DNA of 61,058 nucleotides, filler included, from Porpidia crustulata (GCA_964255105.1; 7 parts of 7 records of this genome joined end to end with filler, not necessarily neighbours in it), one strand, 5' to 3'. Positions 13,593 through 28,470 are shown, counted from the first letter of the whole stretch. Numbers and translations: made by a program. Notes: generated by a model from the sequence alone, not told the origin.

Positions 13593-16500
13593 ATGTACAA
13601 TGCTCGGGCGCAGAGGCGCGCCAAAATGCAGGCAGAGAGTGCCGCTGGCAGTCGATACGAACGAGAACTGCAGGAGTTAATCGAGGGTAAGAGTTGGAAG
13701 CAAGCCCACGCATTATGTGAAAAACGAATCAGAAATGGGGAGAAGGATGACAAGCTTTGGGTAGGCTTCACCAATGTGCGTAGGAAGTATTATTGAGCTA
13801 ATGTGTTTCGGGCTGCAGGCAATTAAAGCCCACGTTCTGCTATCATGGCCCAATGAGACTCGTCAGCAGCAGGGTCGGAGGGAGTTGAACGTGCTTCTGG
13901 ACCGTACTCCCCCAGTCACTGACGCCAATGCTCTCTGCGTCATCGACTGGAACGCTTATACGAGAAATGATGATGATGACCGCTTCGAGTCGATGTGGGA
14001 GAGAGCTACGAGCGCAAGCCCCAAGGATGAGAACCTTCATCAAACGTGGTGTCGTATTACATTTCAAGATTTACGTTGGAAGGCGGCGCAAAAGGTATGG
14101 CTTGTCCCGGCAAATGTCGATTATAAATCGAGAAATGCTAAGCGTAGCCTTTGCAAACCAGGCGTCTTTGAAATACATGAAGAACTTTCCAAAGAAGCGA
14201 GCACCTTTCTTTTGGACTATAATTGCTAGCTTCTATGCTGGGCGCGAGCCTGATCTCTCAGAAGATGAGAAGAGGCTTTTCTGGCCGATGGCTTATCGAC
14301 TGCTTTCCAAAGCAGCCGCCGATGTACCCTCTAAACCGGTGAGTTGAAATCTGCGAGGCAAGATTCCCTTGTTAGCTAACGACGTGAAGGAACCACTAAG
14401 TCCGGGAAGAACCCTCCACACAACTGAAGATCTTTTGCTTCTTATCAAGGTGTATGATTTGCAAGGTAAACACGAAGAGGCCCTTGCAGTCTTAGATCGT
14501 CCAGCAACAAGTATTCATTCGCAGATCGGAGGCCATTCGTGGGAGCTTGTGAGATCGAGAATTGACCTACTTCATACGCTGTATCTCTGGAAGGATGAGT
14601 GGCAGTTCTGCTGGGAACTCTTACAGGATGCTCGCCCAGATGTCTTACGGAACAGCTCTAGGACTCCTTACTCCAGTTTTGGTGAGATTGGCGATGATTG
14701 GAAAGTATGGTCTGGCTTGATAGAGGCAACTGCGAGGTTAGACTCGACAGAGTGTGTAGTTCTGCCAGTGCGCCATCGAACAGTTTCGGGGAAGCTGACG
14801 ATTCCAGATACAAAGATCGCTCGGAGATGATCATCGACATTTATCTCAAGCAAAGCACAATCTCACGGAACGCCCGCTTAGCAGCGATGAAATATCATTC
14901 CCTAATGTCGGTGACAAACGAGAAGCACCAAGATAAACTACTATCAGCTTGCCGGGAGTACTTTTTAAACTACTGCTCGAAGGTCGTTTGTTTCCGCGAT
15001 ATCCACCCCTTCGTATCACATCTAGAACGATCAAAGCAAGAGCAGTTCTTGAGGCAAAGTGTGAAAATTGCTTTGAGTTACCAAGCCCGCGGACCTCGAT
15101 CAGAGGCAAGTCTCCTCCGGCGGGCTCTTTGTTGGATTTCCTAACATCAGATACAGAGCACTTGTATAGCATGGGTCACTGCAGAGATTAATGCTCTGAA
15201 GCTACATTATTACATAACAGTTTCTCACTCTGACGCTCGTGGTGGTGCTGGCAGAAAATTGAATTTCTTAAGGGCATTTATTACCAATTGTCTTAAGCTC
15301 TACAAGCTCTCGCGACCACTAGGTTCTAGACTCCCAATGAGCGAACGCCGCCCAGGAGATGATGCAGCAATATTGGCAGCCATGGGATTCATGCAACTGG
15401 AGAAACATGGAGATAGTAATGCTAATATGCTACGTGCTGTTGTAGTGCTGGAGATTCTTCTTTCTGATTCGAAGCACAACTATGATGCGTTACTCATCCT
15501 TGTGCGTCTGTACCTTTTCTTGGGTATGGCATCGCTGGCAGCCAAGGCGTACTCGATGCTCTCGATCAAAAATTTACAGCATGCGACATTGTCTTGGATA
15601 CTGTTCACCCGGATCTCAACAACTCATCCATGGACCTTTACTACTCGATCAAAACTCAAGAAGGGGCCACCGTCCTCACATTTCTTGATGACTGCAATGA
15701 ATTGGCACAGTACAGCATCCCACGCATATTGTGAAGCCTCGGAGAAGATGCTCCACCGTGGGCAGTACAGCACTCTAGTCGATCTCTTGGAAATGCAAAC
15801 TTCTATACAGCTAGGGTTCTCGGCATGTCTGACGGCGATGGAGATGCTACGGACCCTGCGTTTGACTGAGCCGTCGATCGGCAGCGATTTTAGAGCTTTA
15901 TTTGGTGGGCAGCATGTGCACGCATCAATGCAGTCACTAATATGAGTGTAGGTATCAATCCTTACCGTGTGATAGAGAACCGGGATTCGGCCGCGTTTCC
16001 TAATTGCGAACCAATCGGCCAATCTCAATTCAAGGACTACCTTTGCTTGGGGCCAGAACCTAATGTAAGGCAACATTATAAGTATATCTTTCTTTGTTGA
16101 GCCTAGCTGAATTTCAACTCGTAGATCCAGTGGCTTGCCACTCAATTACGTTATGCCTTCCTATGGGATTGTCTCCATGACCGGCTTCGCACATCGTCAT
16201 ACAAATCGATCGGAAAACTAGAGGACCGTTATAAATTCGAGGAAGATAGGATGACCCCTGTTGAGACTGCAGCAAACGTGATCACCATCGAGGCCATTGA
16301 GCGGTTAACCTTTATGATCTTAAGAAAGCCTTCCGCAAATGAGCTCGAAATGGCAGGAACGCAGTTTCAGGCGCATCTCGAAATGCTTGAATCCTGGCTT
16401 TGGGAATCTAGCAATTTTTTCGATTCTCAAATCAAGACTATGTTTCCGCTCACTGAGAAATTAAGAGTACCTACATTCCATACTTTCCACGAAATAACTG

Positions 16501-16865
16501 TTCTACTCGATGTCTGTCACTTCACCCAGGCACTTATGGACTTTATCGAATCTAACATGTCCAATTTGGATTATATGGACAAGAAGCACCTGGCGGCTAC
16601 CATCGCTCGTATCCGCAAGTTGGTTGCTCAATGCTTCACCGGCGCACACAACACTGCAAAGAAAATCCAAAACACAATGAAACAAGCACATACAGCCAGT
16701 GAGATCACCAAGGCTGGTATCGGCGAAGAGGGTGATGGTGAGGACTTTATTGGAGCCGAATTACGGCAATTAGTCAGCGTCCCATGGATGAAAGACTTTT
16801 GTGCAATTTTGCAAGACAGTTGGGATCAGGCTTTGCAAGGGGTAGTACAGCTCAAAGCACCCTAG
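13593..16865 (+). CDS. MDM20: NatB N-acetyltransferase auxiliary subunit (Mdm20/NAA25), multi-exon
   Basis: GDDWKVW, SRNARLA, YCSKVVCFRDIHPF, EINALK, SKHNYDALLILVRLYLFLG, LSIKNLQ and ENRD...FP motifs spread over consecutive + ORFs separated by short introns. Confidence 0.85.
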
Positions 16866-17156
16866 GTAGAATCCACAAAGGCTTTGAAAACTCTCATATA
16901 CGATCGAGCGGACTGAGCTGGACAACTGGATACATGCATACGGGTTGGGGGGAAAGTGGATTATTGGGATAGCAGGAGTTCTGGACCAACATCGGCATTG
17001 AAGATCATTGCATGGATGTATGACAAGCAATGGACTTTAGGCACCCATAGAGTTGACGAAGCGCTCGACTCTCTGTGGGAACGACGTCATGTACATAGCT
17101 TCATCGTTTGCGGTCAAAACCAATAGGATGATATTATAGTGGTATCAACAACAATT

Positions 17157-17403
17157 TCACAGTCGACCCTCTTCCGCCTTTCTCCTCTCCATCACCTTCG
17201 CGACAGTTTCTCGTCTCTCATCCCTCAATGTGACATAGACCTACGCCACAGATATTAGCACTCCTCAACCCCCCTTCCCAACCTATTAATCATCGACTCA
17301 CCCAGAACCAAGACAGCATCTCCAAGAACGCCCATGTGAAAACAACACTGTTCTTCAACTCATCCCCTCCCCATCTTTCCCGACTCCCACCACCCAACCA
17401 ACC
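17157..17403 (-). CDS. ILM1: 3' fragment of an ILM1-family membrane protein (5' lost at contig end)
   Basis: Reads ...GGDELKNSVVFTWAFLEMLSWFW|VYVTLRDERRETVAKVMERRKAEEGRL* across a GTGAGT..GCTAAT..TAG intron, resembling the C-terminus of fungal Ilm1. Confidence 0.7.
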
Positions 17404-17503
17404 NNNNNNNNNNNNNNNNNNNNNNNNNNNNNNNNNNNNNNNNNNNNTTAATTAATTAANNNNNNNNNNNNNNNNNNNNNNNNNNNNNNNNNNNNNNNNN
17501 NNN
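17404..17503. other. Artificial contig-joining spacer
   Basis: N44-TTAATTAATTAA-N44. Confidence 0.97.
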
Positions 17504-17540
17504 CCCTTAAGGAAACCCCACCCTTATCGTGCGCACTCAC

Positions 17541-17937
17541 CTTCATCATCTGCAACTCCTTCAACCCTTTTTGGATCAACTCCTGCATTCTCCTCTCCTC
17601 TATCATCGGGCCCTCCGCTGCGGCCTCCCTGAACGCATCCTTGGTCCTGCGCTTGGCATACTCGCGGAAATTATATGCGGCAAATTGGCTTGATTGGCGG
17701 AGGAGGGAACGGAACTGAGAGGGAGTTTAGCGATTACAGTGGAATTCATGGATGGGGAGTTTGGGAGGTAAACAGACGAGCGCCAATCAGAGAGGGGAAA
17801 GGGAATCAAATAGAGAGCATGGCGAGGAAGGGATCGTGCAGTAGTCGAGGAACATAGGGAAGTGGGAAAGAATGGGTTAGACTGACCAGTGATCTGGCTT
17901 GGAAGGCGGTGTCTCCCTTTAGCGCGGTCATTGACAT
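17541..17937 (-). CDS. ISD11: LYR-motif protein Isd11/LYRM4 (Nfs1 cysteine desulfurase partner), 3' exon lost at contig end
   Basis: [47 protein letters not shown]...[20 protein letters not shown]. YNFREYAxRRxxDAF is characteristic of Isd11. Confidence 0.88.
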
Positions 17938-18330
17938 GCTCTGACCTGGCTTTGGTACGCCCCAGAGCGAGAGAAGGCACTTGATATAATATCTGGATGA
18001 CTTAATGGTAGGCCTTAAGCTACCACGATCATTATTGGTGCTGTTCAGCGAGCCGTGATATTTGCACGGCCGATGATGAGAACTGTAGATATTTCGGAAG
18101 TGCCGGAACCCGTGGAAATCCCGCCGTGCCAGCTTCAGTGCCTCCTTGCCTCCCTATCATCTCCTCTCCGCTGAAGAAGTTATCGACGAGAAGGTATTGT
18201 CACCAGAAGTGCTCTATAGAATATCACGGTAGGAGATTTATTTGAGCACGTAAATCAGTCTTGTCTATGTTTCGCATTTTATGAGATAAAGCCGCCGTCC
18301 GTCTATCCGCTCTATACCAAGAATCGTCCC

Positions 18331-20464
<2,134 letters not shown>

Positions 20465-20967
20465 TTACGAGATCTGTACTCTACGAGCACCTTACGACTC
20501 GCTCGGACTCGGCGGACTCCTACCTACAGAAAATTTCTTCACAATCTTACTGTACGGATTACTCTAGACCCCCAAAATTTGGGGTAGTATCGCTTAGAAG
20601 TGCGCGGGCATAAACATTGGAAATCTTCGGCAGTGGGAGGCACGATGACGCTATTAGGCTTCAGGTACGAGAGGCGGAAATTTGGGGGTTCAACTCATTT
20701 GCAATCGTAGCCCATCCATGGTTGGTTGAGCGCACTTGGTATAATTATTTCAGCTTGCTCAAAGACCTGTGGATGAGCGAGCTATATCAGTGGATAAAGA
20801 GCTCATATCCTATCCGTCAAGCTGTCGACTTGGACTGACTATTCTTCGAAACATCTAACGAGCAAAAAAAGATCGCTATCCTCCAGCCCCCGTTTTCATG
20901 CACCGTCGCTTCCCCCAATACTCCACGCTATGCCTTCACAGAAACCCAATCAAGTTTCACATGAGAT

Positions 20968-21938
20968 TCAGGATGAGATCTCCAAGCGTGACTCTAGCGC
21001 TTGTCGAAGCTCCTCCTCATGTGTTTTCAACTCTTGCTCTCTAAGGTATTGAGCAAATTTGGACCGCGGGTTATGTAGTCCACACTCGGTCTTGGCCTGG
21101 CCCTTCCATCGGCCGGCGCGCTCGTCCTCACCTTCTTTGACCGGTTGCGTTGAGTGCCAGTCACCCACACTCTTGTAGCCACGGTCCAGGAGCTCATTAT
21201 AAGGCACATTGTTCTCGTTAACATATTGTTGTACTTGTTTCAAACTCCAATTTGCAAGGGGGTTAATCTTGATGAGCCCTGCTTCGTCGATCTCAATAAT
21301 ATCAATATCTCCTCGTTTGCCCCCTTGGCTTCGTCGACGGCCAGTCAGAACGGCGTCGACTTGTAACTCTCTGTATGCTCTCTGCGCTGGTTCGACCTTA
21401 GCTACCCAGTCGTAGAGCTGGTCATTGCTTTCCCAAAGCTTTTCGCCATACTTTTGATCGAATTCTTCAGGAGACTCTGAACCCTCGGGTTTGTAGATGT
21501 GTAGGCTGACGAGAGGGTACCGCTGGCGGACTCGCTCGACTAATGCTAGAGTTTCAGGGAAGTGATGGAGCGTATCGAAGAAGATAAGATCGACCATTTG
21601 TGGTCTTGGAATCTTCATCTTCGAAAGCATATCAAGCGTGACCAGGCCGGTGAGTCCGAATGCGGTAGTTTGGAATAGCGAAGGGAACGTGATAATGCAC
21701 CATTGTAATATTTCTGCGGGGCACGTGTCAGTTGATATGTGAGTGGTCGGAACGAGAGTGTCCTCGTACCTTGAGGCTCTAGATTTTGTAGTTGCCTATT
21801 CAGGAAGTTCAAGTGTTTCTTCGTGAACAAAACATCAAGGGCGCCTACTTCGCTTCCACTTCCACTAACATATCCCGACTCCACATCTTGGTTTAGGGGG
21901 CTGCCCGTATTGTATATAGGAGATGACCTTGAAGGCAT
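20968..21938 (-). CDS. MET16: PAPS reductase (2 exons)
   Basis: QTTAFGLTGLVTLDML, FFDTLHHFPET, TGRRRSQGGKR, KINPLANW, GYKSVGDWHST, ERAGRW and TECGLH. Confidence 0.96.
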
Positions 21939-22566
21939 TTTGCGGATTTTTTGACTTCACACAAATTGGGAGTGTGTGGGGAGATTTTGGTTCTTGACAA
22001 AAAGAAAACAGATCGCTCTATGGGTATAAATTGATGATAATGGAAAAGACGGGGAGACATCAGAGAGAAATAGCATTAAGTTGCCCAACAACACCCTGCC
22101 AGAGGGTTCTAAATTATTCATTATGTGCCGGGGACGAATTGCAAACAGAACTATGGAATTGCGTGCTTGCCGCTAAAACTTTGATTTATGACAAAGCGAT
22201 AGAATGAGAAGATGATGAGGTGATTGTGAGGACCCCGCGGAGAGAAGCTACGCCAGTAATTATGTCACCATGGAGGTTAAGTTGGAAGAAGTGGTGGTTC
22301 ATTGGAAGCTTGGAGGCCTGGGAGATGTTCTTGGGATTATGGCGTGACGGTCCGGCATCGGAAGCCACTCGAATGAAATGTTCCGAAGACTTCTCGCATT
22401 TGCTGTTACACCAACGCGCACGCCATACTCCGACGGAATATGAGGGTGACAATCATTGAGCTGCAGTCTGTCGTTCAGGCTTGACGACGAACGACTTTGC
22501 GTACGTTTGATGAATGCAATTGCGGGAGGGAAAGAAGTGGCGATGGTGAATAAGACGAAATAGCGG

Positions 22567-22617
22567 ATGGCGGCATGACGTCCTCCGAGCCTCCCACTCG
22601 ATTGAATGATCACGTGA
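22567..22617. promoter_or_regulatory. Candidate sulfur-regulatory elements upstream of MET16 (CYS-3/MetR-like bZIP sites and a TCACGTGA E-box)
   Basis: ATGGCGGCAT (22567-22576) and ATGACGTCCT (22575-22584) each differ by one base from ATGRYRYCAT. Palindromic TCACGTGA at 22610-22617. Confidence 0.4.
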
Positions 22618-23176
22618 AAAGGTACGGACGAGGCAGATTATATGGCCATCCGACTACGTTTGGCTGCATGATCCATATGTGCGCTTTTAGGAATCAAAGG
22701 AAACATGAGAGGATAATACATTTGGGATACTCTGTCACATTCCACATTTCCGACGTTCTCACGACTTGTCTCGAGACTTGACCGTATCTGATGGCTCAAT
22801 TAAGCCCCCGGCAAGCTCCATTGTACCTTGCCATTGCTCCATGCGCTCAGGCTGCAAGGATCGTGGTCCGAAAGATAATCCTCTTTACATGTAAATCTAG
22901 AGCTAGGTATGGTATTGTAATAATACAACAGCAGGGGCTGTTCAGCGTACAAGCCAACCCCAAGACTGGCCTCAACGCTGAAACCGTCAGTTTGTTCCGG
23001 CATCCTCTTCACGATATACAAACGGTGTGCCTTGCATGTTCACTCACGTGGATATGGCTCTGTCGGCCCCGCATTCCTGAGGAATGGATATATCCCTTTG
23101 GTAGTCCTAAGGATAGGGATACCCTCCCTTGAAGATGCCTCTCTTTTGCCCAAAATTAAAATTCTAATTTCATTCC

Positions 23177-25553
23177 ATGGCTCATTACCGATCACATGTA
23201 CCCACGAGCAAATTGAGCTGTTCCCTTCCTATGTCCTCAATATCTTCACCTCCTCAGTCGAAACTTTGCAGAGAGACTTTCAAGCATTTTGATAGACAAT
23301 TCTCGAGCACACACGGCTCTCCCATCTGGACACCTTCCCACGAGCCCAGCTATGCCCACTCTGCTCAACCCGTCTGTCCTTCTCATTCCGAGTACTTTTA
23401 TCACAATGTCCCTATAATTTTTGTTCGCATTTTGGAACCCCTAGCAAGTCTGCCCTCCACAGTTCATTTCTTTCACAGTCCGAAAGAACTCCCTACGCGA
23501 CTTTCCTTGAGTCCCGCTCCTTCACGAAAGGATCTAGTATCCAGTCCCTTACAACCTATAATCTTAAGAGCACATCCAGAGGATGAATATCCGCAGGTAT
23601 CGCAAAGCTGCTTCTGTAACGCACCAGTATCAGGCCTTTCGCCGCCACATGACGGACTGGAGGGACTACTTCCTCCAGTAGAACTCGATTACCCCTATGG
23701 GACGAAGGATTTCCCAGCCAACTCCATCGAATCTTTCGACTCTGCGAAAGGTAGGGGCCGCCTATCAGTGAACAGTACGCCAGTGCACACAGACTCCCCA
23801 GCGAGTCCGTCTTTCAATAGGACTTACAAAATCATTAAATCAAATAAGAACGCTGTACTTGATAAGGGCGACGTGGACCCAGCAGATGAACCACCAAACA
23901 GACTCAGTGACCGTGTGAAATGCCCGGCAATAAATCCAGTTTCGGCTATAGAAGGCCTTCGTTCCTTCTTGCCACAGCGAAGATTGTCCTTTAAAAAGCA
24001 ACAGTCGACTCTAGAAGGTAATTCATTACATGAAATAGCGGGATATAGAGAGCTCAAGCACATAAAATATCCGAGATATGATGCCAATGTCTGTGCTCCT
24101 TGGGTCTGCCAAATATTGAAAGACCACAAAAGAATAGCTCCAAAGGTTGCTAGACTATTAGAAGACTGTACAAGCACAGGCTGTATACCAGAGGCTCAAA
24201 ACAAAGTGAAGGATGTCTTCATGCCGCGAGGACTGAGCAACGACAATTCTTGGGCCCTTAACCTACAATATACAAACGATAAATTCCAAGAGATCGCGAC
24301 ACCGGGCAGCTACGTATGTCCGTCAGATCTTCCGAATCAAATAGCCGCCATTTCACACAGCTCCTAAACAGAGCCAGTGACGATAGAAGCTTTCGACCAA
24401 GACGTGTCCGTTGAGAAGGTAACTCTTAGCATTGTACTCTCTGAGAAGCTACATACTGAAAGATCAAAGATTGACGAAGCCCAGATCGAAGAAGCTGTGA
24501 GACTCCCACCATTAGCACCAAAGTCCAGCAAGGTTGCTGATTATATCGATCATTGTATAGCTATCCGTCAGCATCACAAAAGCACCCAAACCTCTCATCA
24601 CTACGATATCTCCAGCAACGTCCAATCCGAATCACGGTCGACGACACGTATCAGTCTCCACGCCTCCAGACCATTATTCGTATGGCTCAGTCAAAGAAGC
24701 TCTATACGATCTGGAGAAATCTGCAAAACAATTCCCGCGGTTAAGGCTCCATTTAAACACACTGATCATTCAGCACATACGCGGCTCCAACCGCGAGAGT
24801 GTTTCGTCGAATTCTCCCCAAAATTGCCCGGTCAACACGTCGACAAACAGCTTAACAACGACTAACCACATAGACATCCACCGAACAGAAATTCTAGCAT
24901 CATCATTAACGTACCCGGTCCCTGATATACCATGGCTACTCCGACAGCCTAATAATCCAACAAGCCCTACCACTCCACTACGAACTGCTGATGAGGTCCA
25001 GCCGGAATTACGCGCCATGTTCCCCAGAGCTCCATTACACCTTGTAGACGGTATCCAAGCCACTTATATAGCCCTCGAATACGTTTCGTGTCTGCTCATA
25101 CCTACAAGTCCTCGAGCCCTGACGCTCACCCAGCGAACCTCCTGGAGTCGAAGTCAAATCGAAGACCTAGCCAGCTTATTGCGTATTGTATGCCGAGGTC
25201 TGATCGGTGAGGTCGAAGCGAGACACCTCAACTTCGCCGATCAAGCGGACGCAACGCTCGAAAGGGATGTGGAGCTGACTGTGAATCTAGGGGAGAAGGG
25301 ACCGGGGATGCGGGCAACGGCGGAGAGTATGGACGAGGTAGGAGGGGTGACTGGGGCTCGGAGTGGGCTTTTAAGCGCGCCTGCGAGCGGAAAGGTGCAG
25401 CAGAATTTGGGGGCCAATGCAAAGGCCAACTGGGGGATCAAGAAGAGCTTGAGTGGGCTTTTTGGGGGCCTACTTGGGAACCTGCCCGGCCGCGGAGGAA
25501 AAGCAAGGAGGGAAGGAGAAAACGAGAGAGACGGAGGGCGTGGAGAGGTTTAA
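23177..25553 (+). CDS. Hypothetical Ser/Pro-rich protein, probably 3 exons (start may be 23231)
   Basis: Three long + ORFs (396, 162, 178 aa). The junction at ~24830-24873 (GACTAAC..TAG) restores frame into LRAMFPRAPLHLVDGIQATYIALEYV. The first junction near 24314-24373 is ambiguous. Confidence 0.5.
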
Positions 25554-26153
25554 GTATAGGGATCGCTTCTTTGACCTGTGAGCGTCAAGCCGGAGCGGGC
25601 CTCCTGCAGACTTGACGAATGGCGGTCCTGATGACCTGTCTAGATGAACAGAGCCTTTTTTTTGGTAAGATATAGGTATGTATTGTATAATATGATATCT
25701 TTTGTAAGAACTACCATCCGCGGAAAGGGAACGCCGCGTTCGCTACTGCCATCTCATCCATGTTTTGGTGGGAGAACCCGATCATACGACCATCAAGTGC
25801 AGAAAAAATGAATGTTTCATGAGCGCGCACGAAAGATAACACCTGCGACCAACAACCGTTGCTCATCAAATTCCTCCCCTTCCCTTCTCTCCCAAACCCA
25901 TTACAATTACCCATCCAAAGTCAAAGCGCTGAGAACCGCAAACTCGCCGTCAACCCATCTTTCCAAAAATTTTCGATTCTCGAAAATCCGATCATCTTTC
26001 ACGCGTAGACAGGATCAATCCCAATGTAACAAAAGGAAAAAGTCGGGAGGAAATAATCATCCTTTAGACCACGTGATGATCTTCGATGATGGCGCTTGTG
26101 AGCTGTTGAGTCAAAGCTAAAGAGATGGATAATAGACACATTGGGGCCGAGTT

Positions 26154-26253
26154 NNNNNNNNNNNNNNNNNNNNNNNNNNNNNNNNNNNNNNNNNNNNTTA
26201 ATTAATTAANNNNNNNNNNNNNNNNNNNNNNNNNNNNNNNNNNNNNNNNNNNN
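26154..26253. other. Artificial contig-joining spacer
   Basis: N44-TTAATTAATTAA-N44. Confidence 0.97.
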
Positions 26254-27412
26254 ACCGTATCATGTTCTTGACGCAGGCGTGTGAGGCTCGCGGCATGATG
26301 TGGGGAGTGGCTGGCTTTGCTCATCTCGTAGCACATCCACTGGATGAGCGTGGCGGTGGTGTCCTGCCCGGCGAAAAGGAAGCTCTTAAGCTGGTCGACA
26401 CAGCTGCGTGTCAAAGCTTTGTCGGGGGAAAGACCGGACACGGCGAGCTGCAAAATGCATTTAGATTTAGAGGCGGTATCTGCGGAGCCGATGCGCGCTT
26501 TGACGATAGCCGTAAGTTTGTGGTTGAATATACTCTCGTTAAAGAGCGATTTGAGTGGCCGGATAGGATCGATCATGTGCAAACCGACGCCCTGGCCTAC
26601 ACCGTAGACCATCTCGCTGAGCCGTCGGCTAGCCGTGAGGAGGCCGGTGGGGGACTTCTCGCCATGGCCCTCGGGTGTAGATTGCGCATTGAAATCTTAC
26701 GCGATTGTGAGTTGAGTGATAATATCGGCGGTGAGATCTTGAGCGTAATCGGCCATCTTGAATGCGATACCGCTTTTCGCAAGGGACTGCAGACGTTCCA
26801 CAAAGATCTCTACCCTCGAGACAATAGAACCCGTAAGAGAATGGATATACCTAGGCTGGAAACCTGGGTTGAAGCCCTTGCGCATCGCCTTCCAGGCTGC
26901 ACCCTCCTTCGTGATGATGGATTCCGCGCCAAGTACTGGTTTCAGAGCGTGGTAATTGTTGCTTTTCGGAACGGAGTATCTGAACTGCTCCGTCGAACTG
27001 ACCACCGCTTCTACATACTGCGGTTCCGCTATGATAAAAAAGCCGCGGTCCTCGACTGGTGCCAGGTTGACCAAGAAGCAGCCCGGTTGGCCTAATTCCC
27101 GCCAGATTTCCTCGAAGCCGTAGTCTGGATGGCGCTTCAATGAGGGTTTGAGACGTTTTCCCGCGTTGATCAGGTTGCCCCAGATCCGATGCCGCGGGAG
27201 GGATGGGATNNNNNNNNNNNNNNNNNNNNNNNNNNNNNNNNNNNNNNNNNNNNNNNNNNNNNNNNNNNNNNNNNNNNNNNNNNGTAGTGGAAGCGGATGC
27301 GAACACGGTAGGCTTTGTATATCCATTGATATATTTGATATGAGACATACAGCGCAAGAACGACGAGCAACGTACTTTGAATGTGGTGGAGCCTTGGTTC
27401 CAGTCCTGTCAT
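26254..27412 (-). pseudogene. Cytochrome P450, 5' two-thirds, with in-frame TAA at 26699-26697 (3' lost at contig end)
   Basis: N-terminal TM (LLVVLALYVSYQIY), IPSLPRHRIWGNL, WKAMRKGFNPGF and I-helix KSFLFAGQDTTATLIQW. The frame continues DFNAQSTPEG... directly after the stop. Internal N gap at 27210-27283. Confidence 0.7.
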
Positions 27413-28470
27413 GTTGCCATACTTCCGAATCTCGGTATCGAAAGGGTCAATGTAGGAGGAAGTGTCTGACTTGGAAAAGGCAAAGTACGCCTAAGCTAAC
27501 ACTAAACTCGGTATGGTAAGCAGCCGCCTATGCAAGGTGCTAAAATATACCGGAAACATCACAACCCCTTGAGTGCGCCTCCACAAAAGCCTCAGGAAAC
27601 ACAGCTTCCAGCTCGCTGCCATCCCAATTCTCCGGCACAAAGCATACTCCCGACGCACATTCTTCATCGAACCCATTATCATATCACGGATATAACCCCA
27701 ACTACTCCCGACGAAAGCCATAAACCCCACGCAAGCGTCCACAAACAGACCCTGATGAAAGCCGAGTCACTAATCTAGCTTTCGTTATTTTAAAAAAAAA
27801 CCGAGATAAAAGCAAGAGACAAGTTTAATCACAATAAAATATCAAGACGTATCGAGTAACAGAAGATAACGTAGGCGAGATTCGGAGAGACATTCGATAG
27901 CAATAAGGAGAGTAATATTACAGTTTCTCCAACAAGCCAGCACAAGGAGATTACGAACGGGTAGAATAATGAAAAATCGAAAAGGTAATGAACATACGTA
28001 AATCGTCGACATAGCCGTACATGAAGCCATTTGATCAGCATTCACTTTCAACGAAACCCCCGGTCTCGCTTAAACTTGCATGAAGTCGATGGCCAGAAAG
28101 AACGTAGGAAGTGATTGAGAAAGAGCGCGAGAGAGTAGCGAGCGAGCATGAGAATGCAGGGAGAAAGCACAGAAAAACAACGAGTCAGCATAAAAGATTA
28201 ACAAAGAAGCATTTCGACCAAACAGTCTTTGGCGAAGGAGCAAAGCGGCGAGGTCTGAGTCTTCGGGGAAACTATATGTACATATCCATCTCGAGAACTC
28301 AATATGCTCTTCGTATCATAGTAATCTGCACGCTCAATCTCTGCCCAAAAATGCACATTTCTCTCAAGCTCAAGCTCGAGTCCGAAACTAAACAAGTCTT
28401 CGTTGCTATGCCGCCGTAGCTGATCAACATAAGCTCGTTCAACGTCAACGTCATAAGAGAAAAGCGGAGG

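Noticed and set aside
17157..17937. ISD11 5' part and the downstream minus-strand exons as one fused gene
   Set aside because: They lie on different contigs, and the downstream exons match ILM1 rather than the Isd11 C-terminus.
18073..18174. ATGATGA...CTGA pair resembling another box C/D snoRNA
   Set aside because: Only ~8 nt of rRNA complementarity (CCTCTCCG) before box D, no terminal stem and no clear C'/D'; compatible with chance.
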